DNA from: Leptogorgia sarmentosa
Taxonomy: Eukaryota
Assembly (NCBI GenBank): GCA_964658305.1
Contig: OZ210885.1
Coordinates: 17,918,001 to 17,982,000, forward strand
Reading direction: 5' to 3'
DNA: 64,000 nt
In this document: piece by piece, positions 62,901 through 64,000 of the stretch
Position numbering within the stretch: the stretch's first letter is position 1
Layout: each line of letters starts with the position of its first letter
Program-made: the position numbers and the translations under genes
Notes under the pieces: model-generated
Database searches by the model: none
What the model was told of the DNA's origin: nothing
What the model saw: the letters and a program-made list of their open reading frames with translations, nothing else

Positions 62901-64000
62901 TCACATGATGGCAAATCATCACACGGTGGCAAATCATCACGCGGTGGCAAATCATCACATGGTGGCAAATCCTCTAGTAATTCTACAATTAACATGTTCA
63001 CCATATAAGTGACTTTCTCTGCCAACTTTGTTAATTGAAGAGAACTTTTCTTTAATCATTTTCGTCATGCTACAAATATATTCATCCAATGTCTTTGGAC
63101 CATATTCACATGATTGCGGATCATCACATGGTGGCAAATCATCACATGATGGCAAATCATCACGTGGTGGCAAATCATCACATGATGGCAAATCATCACG
63201 CGGTGGCAAATCATCACATGATGGCAAATCATCACACGGTGGCAAATCATCACGCGGTGGCAAATCATCACATGATGGCAAATCATCACATGATGGCAAA
63301 TCATCACATGATGGCAAATCATCACTTGATGGCAAATCATCACATGATGGCAAATCATCACACGGTGGCAAATCATCACGCGGTGGCAAATCATCACATG
63401 GTGGCAAATCCTCTAGTGGAACCTGTAGTTCATCATCAGCATCCATGGCAGCATCTTCCACCTCAGAAGCACTTAGTGTGGCATCTGCTCCATAATTGTC
63501 CACAGACCTTTAAAAAAGATGTAACAGTAAATTAAAACATACAGGTATGTATAAACAATTTCAATCTTTTAAAATATATTGCTACTCTATTAATATCATT
63601 GTAGTCAATTTCCTTGATGCTGATGGGCTAAAAAGGTACTCACATGTCTGTCAAAGAACCAGATGTAAATGTTTCCCATTCACTTTCATTACTATCACTC
63701 ATTTCTGAATTGAAACTAACTTGTAAAGAAATAAAATACAGTATAATATGTGGATTCAATCTGTCCAAAATGATAGGGGTTTATTAGCAAATTTGGTTAT
63801 TAACTCAAACATTTCAAAATTTAATCTTATAAAAATAGTGCAATTTATGAATCATTCATTTACAGTGTACCTGGTATATTCAATATCAGACTCTAGATCC
63901 GATTCAGAGCTCGTTGAAAGACTGCCATAATGCATTCCAAATTCAGGGTTTATGCTTTCACATATAGATTCCATCCTACTTGTATTCTGGGTCAATCCAC
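59965..64000 (-). pseudogene. Kolobok-type DDE transposase, multi-exon, 5' end beyond the window
   Basis: GDGRNDSPGHCAKYCTY, IVTDAS, DIWHK, NHFW, CDHGPL and LAAIDHN motifs; frameshifting internal duplication. Confidence 0.8.
62550..63417. repeat. Tandem duplication (period 439 bp) of an exon segment containing an 18-bp coding minisatellite
   Basis: Copies at 62550-62978 and 62989-63417; each has about 16 DDLP(S/P)(C/R) units. Confidence 0.95.

Noticed and set aside
62589..63535. ORFs reading GKSSHD, VMICHH or ANHHMM
   Set aside because: Alternative-frame translations of the 18-bp repeat; only the DDLPSC frame joins the transposase.

Overview
Eukaryotic, AT-rich window, probably from an invertebrate animal (inferred from the TE repertoire). 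It is almost entirely nested mobile DNA and contains no clear host protein gene. (1) From 1 to about 25678 lies a decaying Polinton/Maverick (adintovirus-type) endogenous virus. It encodes an ATPase, protease, major and minor capsid, a core-like protein, a chromodomain integrase and a protein-primed PolB that carries three short spliceosomal introns. Once three TSD-bounded hAT insertions are removed, its apparent subterminal non-coding region is about 1.8 kb and holds an intact intron-containing tRNA-Tyr gene and a broken tRNA-His-like gene. (2) A 35-bp satellite abuts the putative Polinton end and is interrupted by a young Gypsy LTR element. (3) A THAP/P-element remnant follows. (4) A complete 9.6-kb IS3EU-type DNA transposon (long TIRs, 6-bp TSD) carries a multi-exon zinc-finger/CUE/HECT ubiquitin-ligase cargo gene; one intron of that gene holds a 1.7-kb TG...CA insertion containing a densely base-paired, internally duplicated RNA-like structure. 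(5) A Harbinger/MULE composite shows a large inverted duplication. (6) MITEs, a second HECT fragment and a Kolobok-type element with a P2X7-ballast-like accessory gene close the window. All family assignments come from motif recognition by eye; no database search was run.
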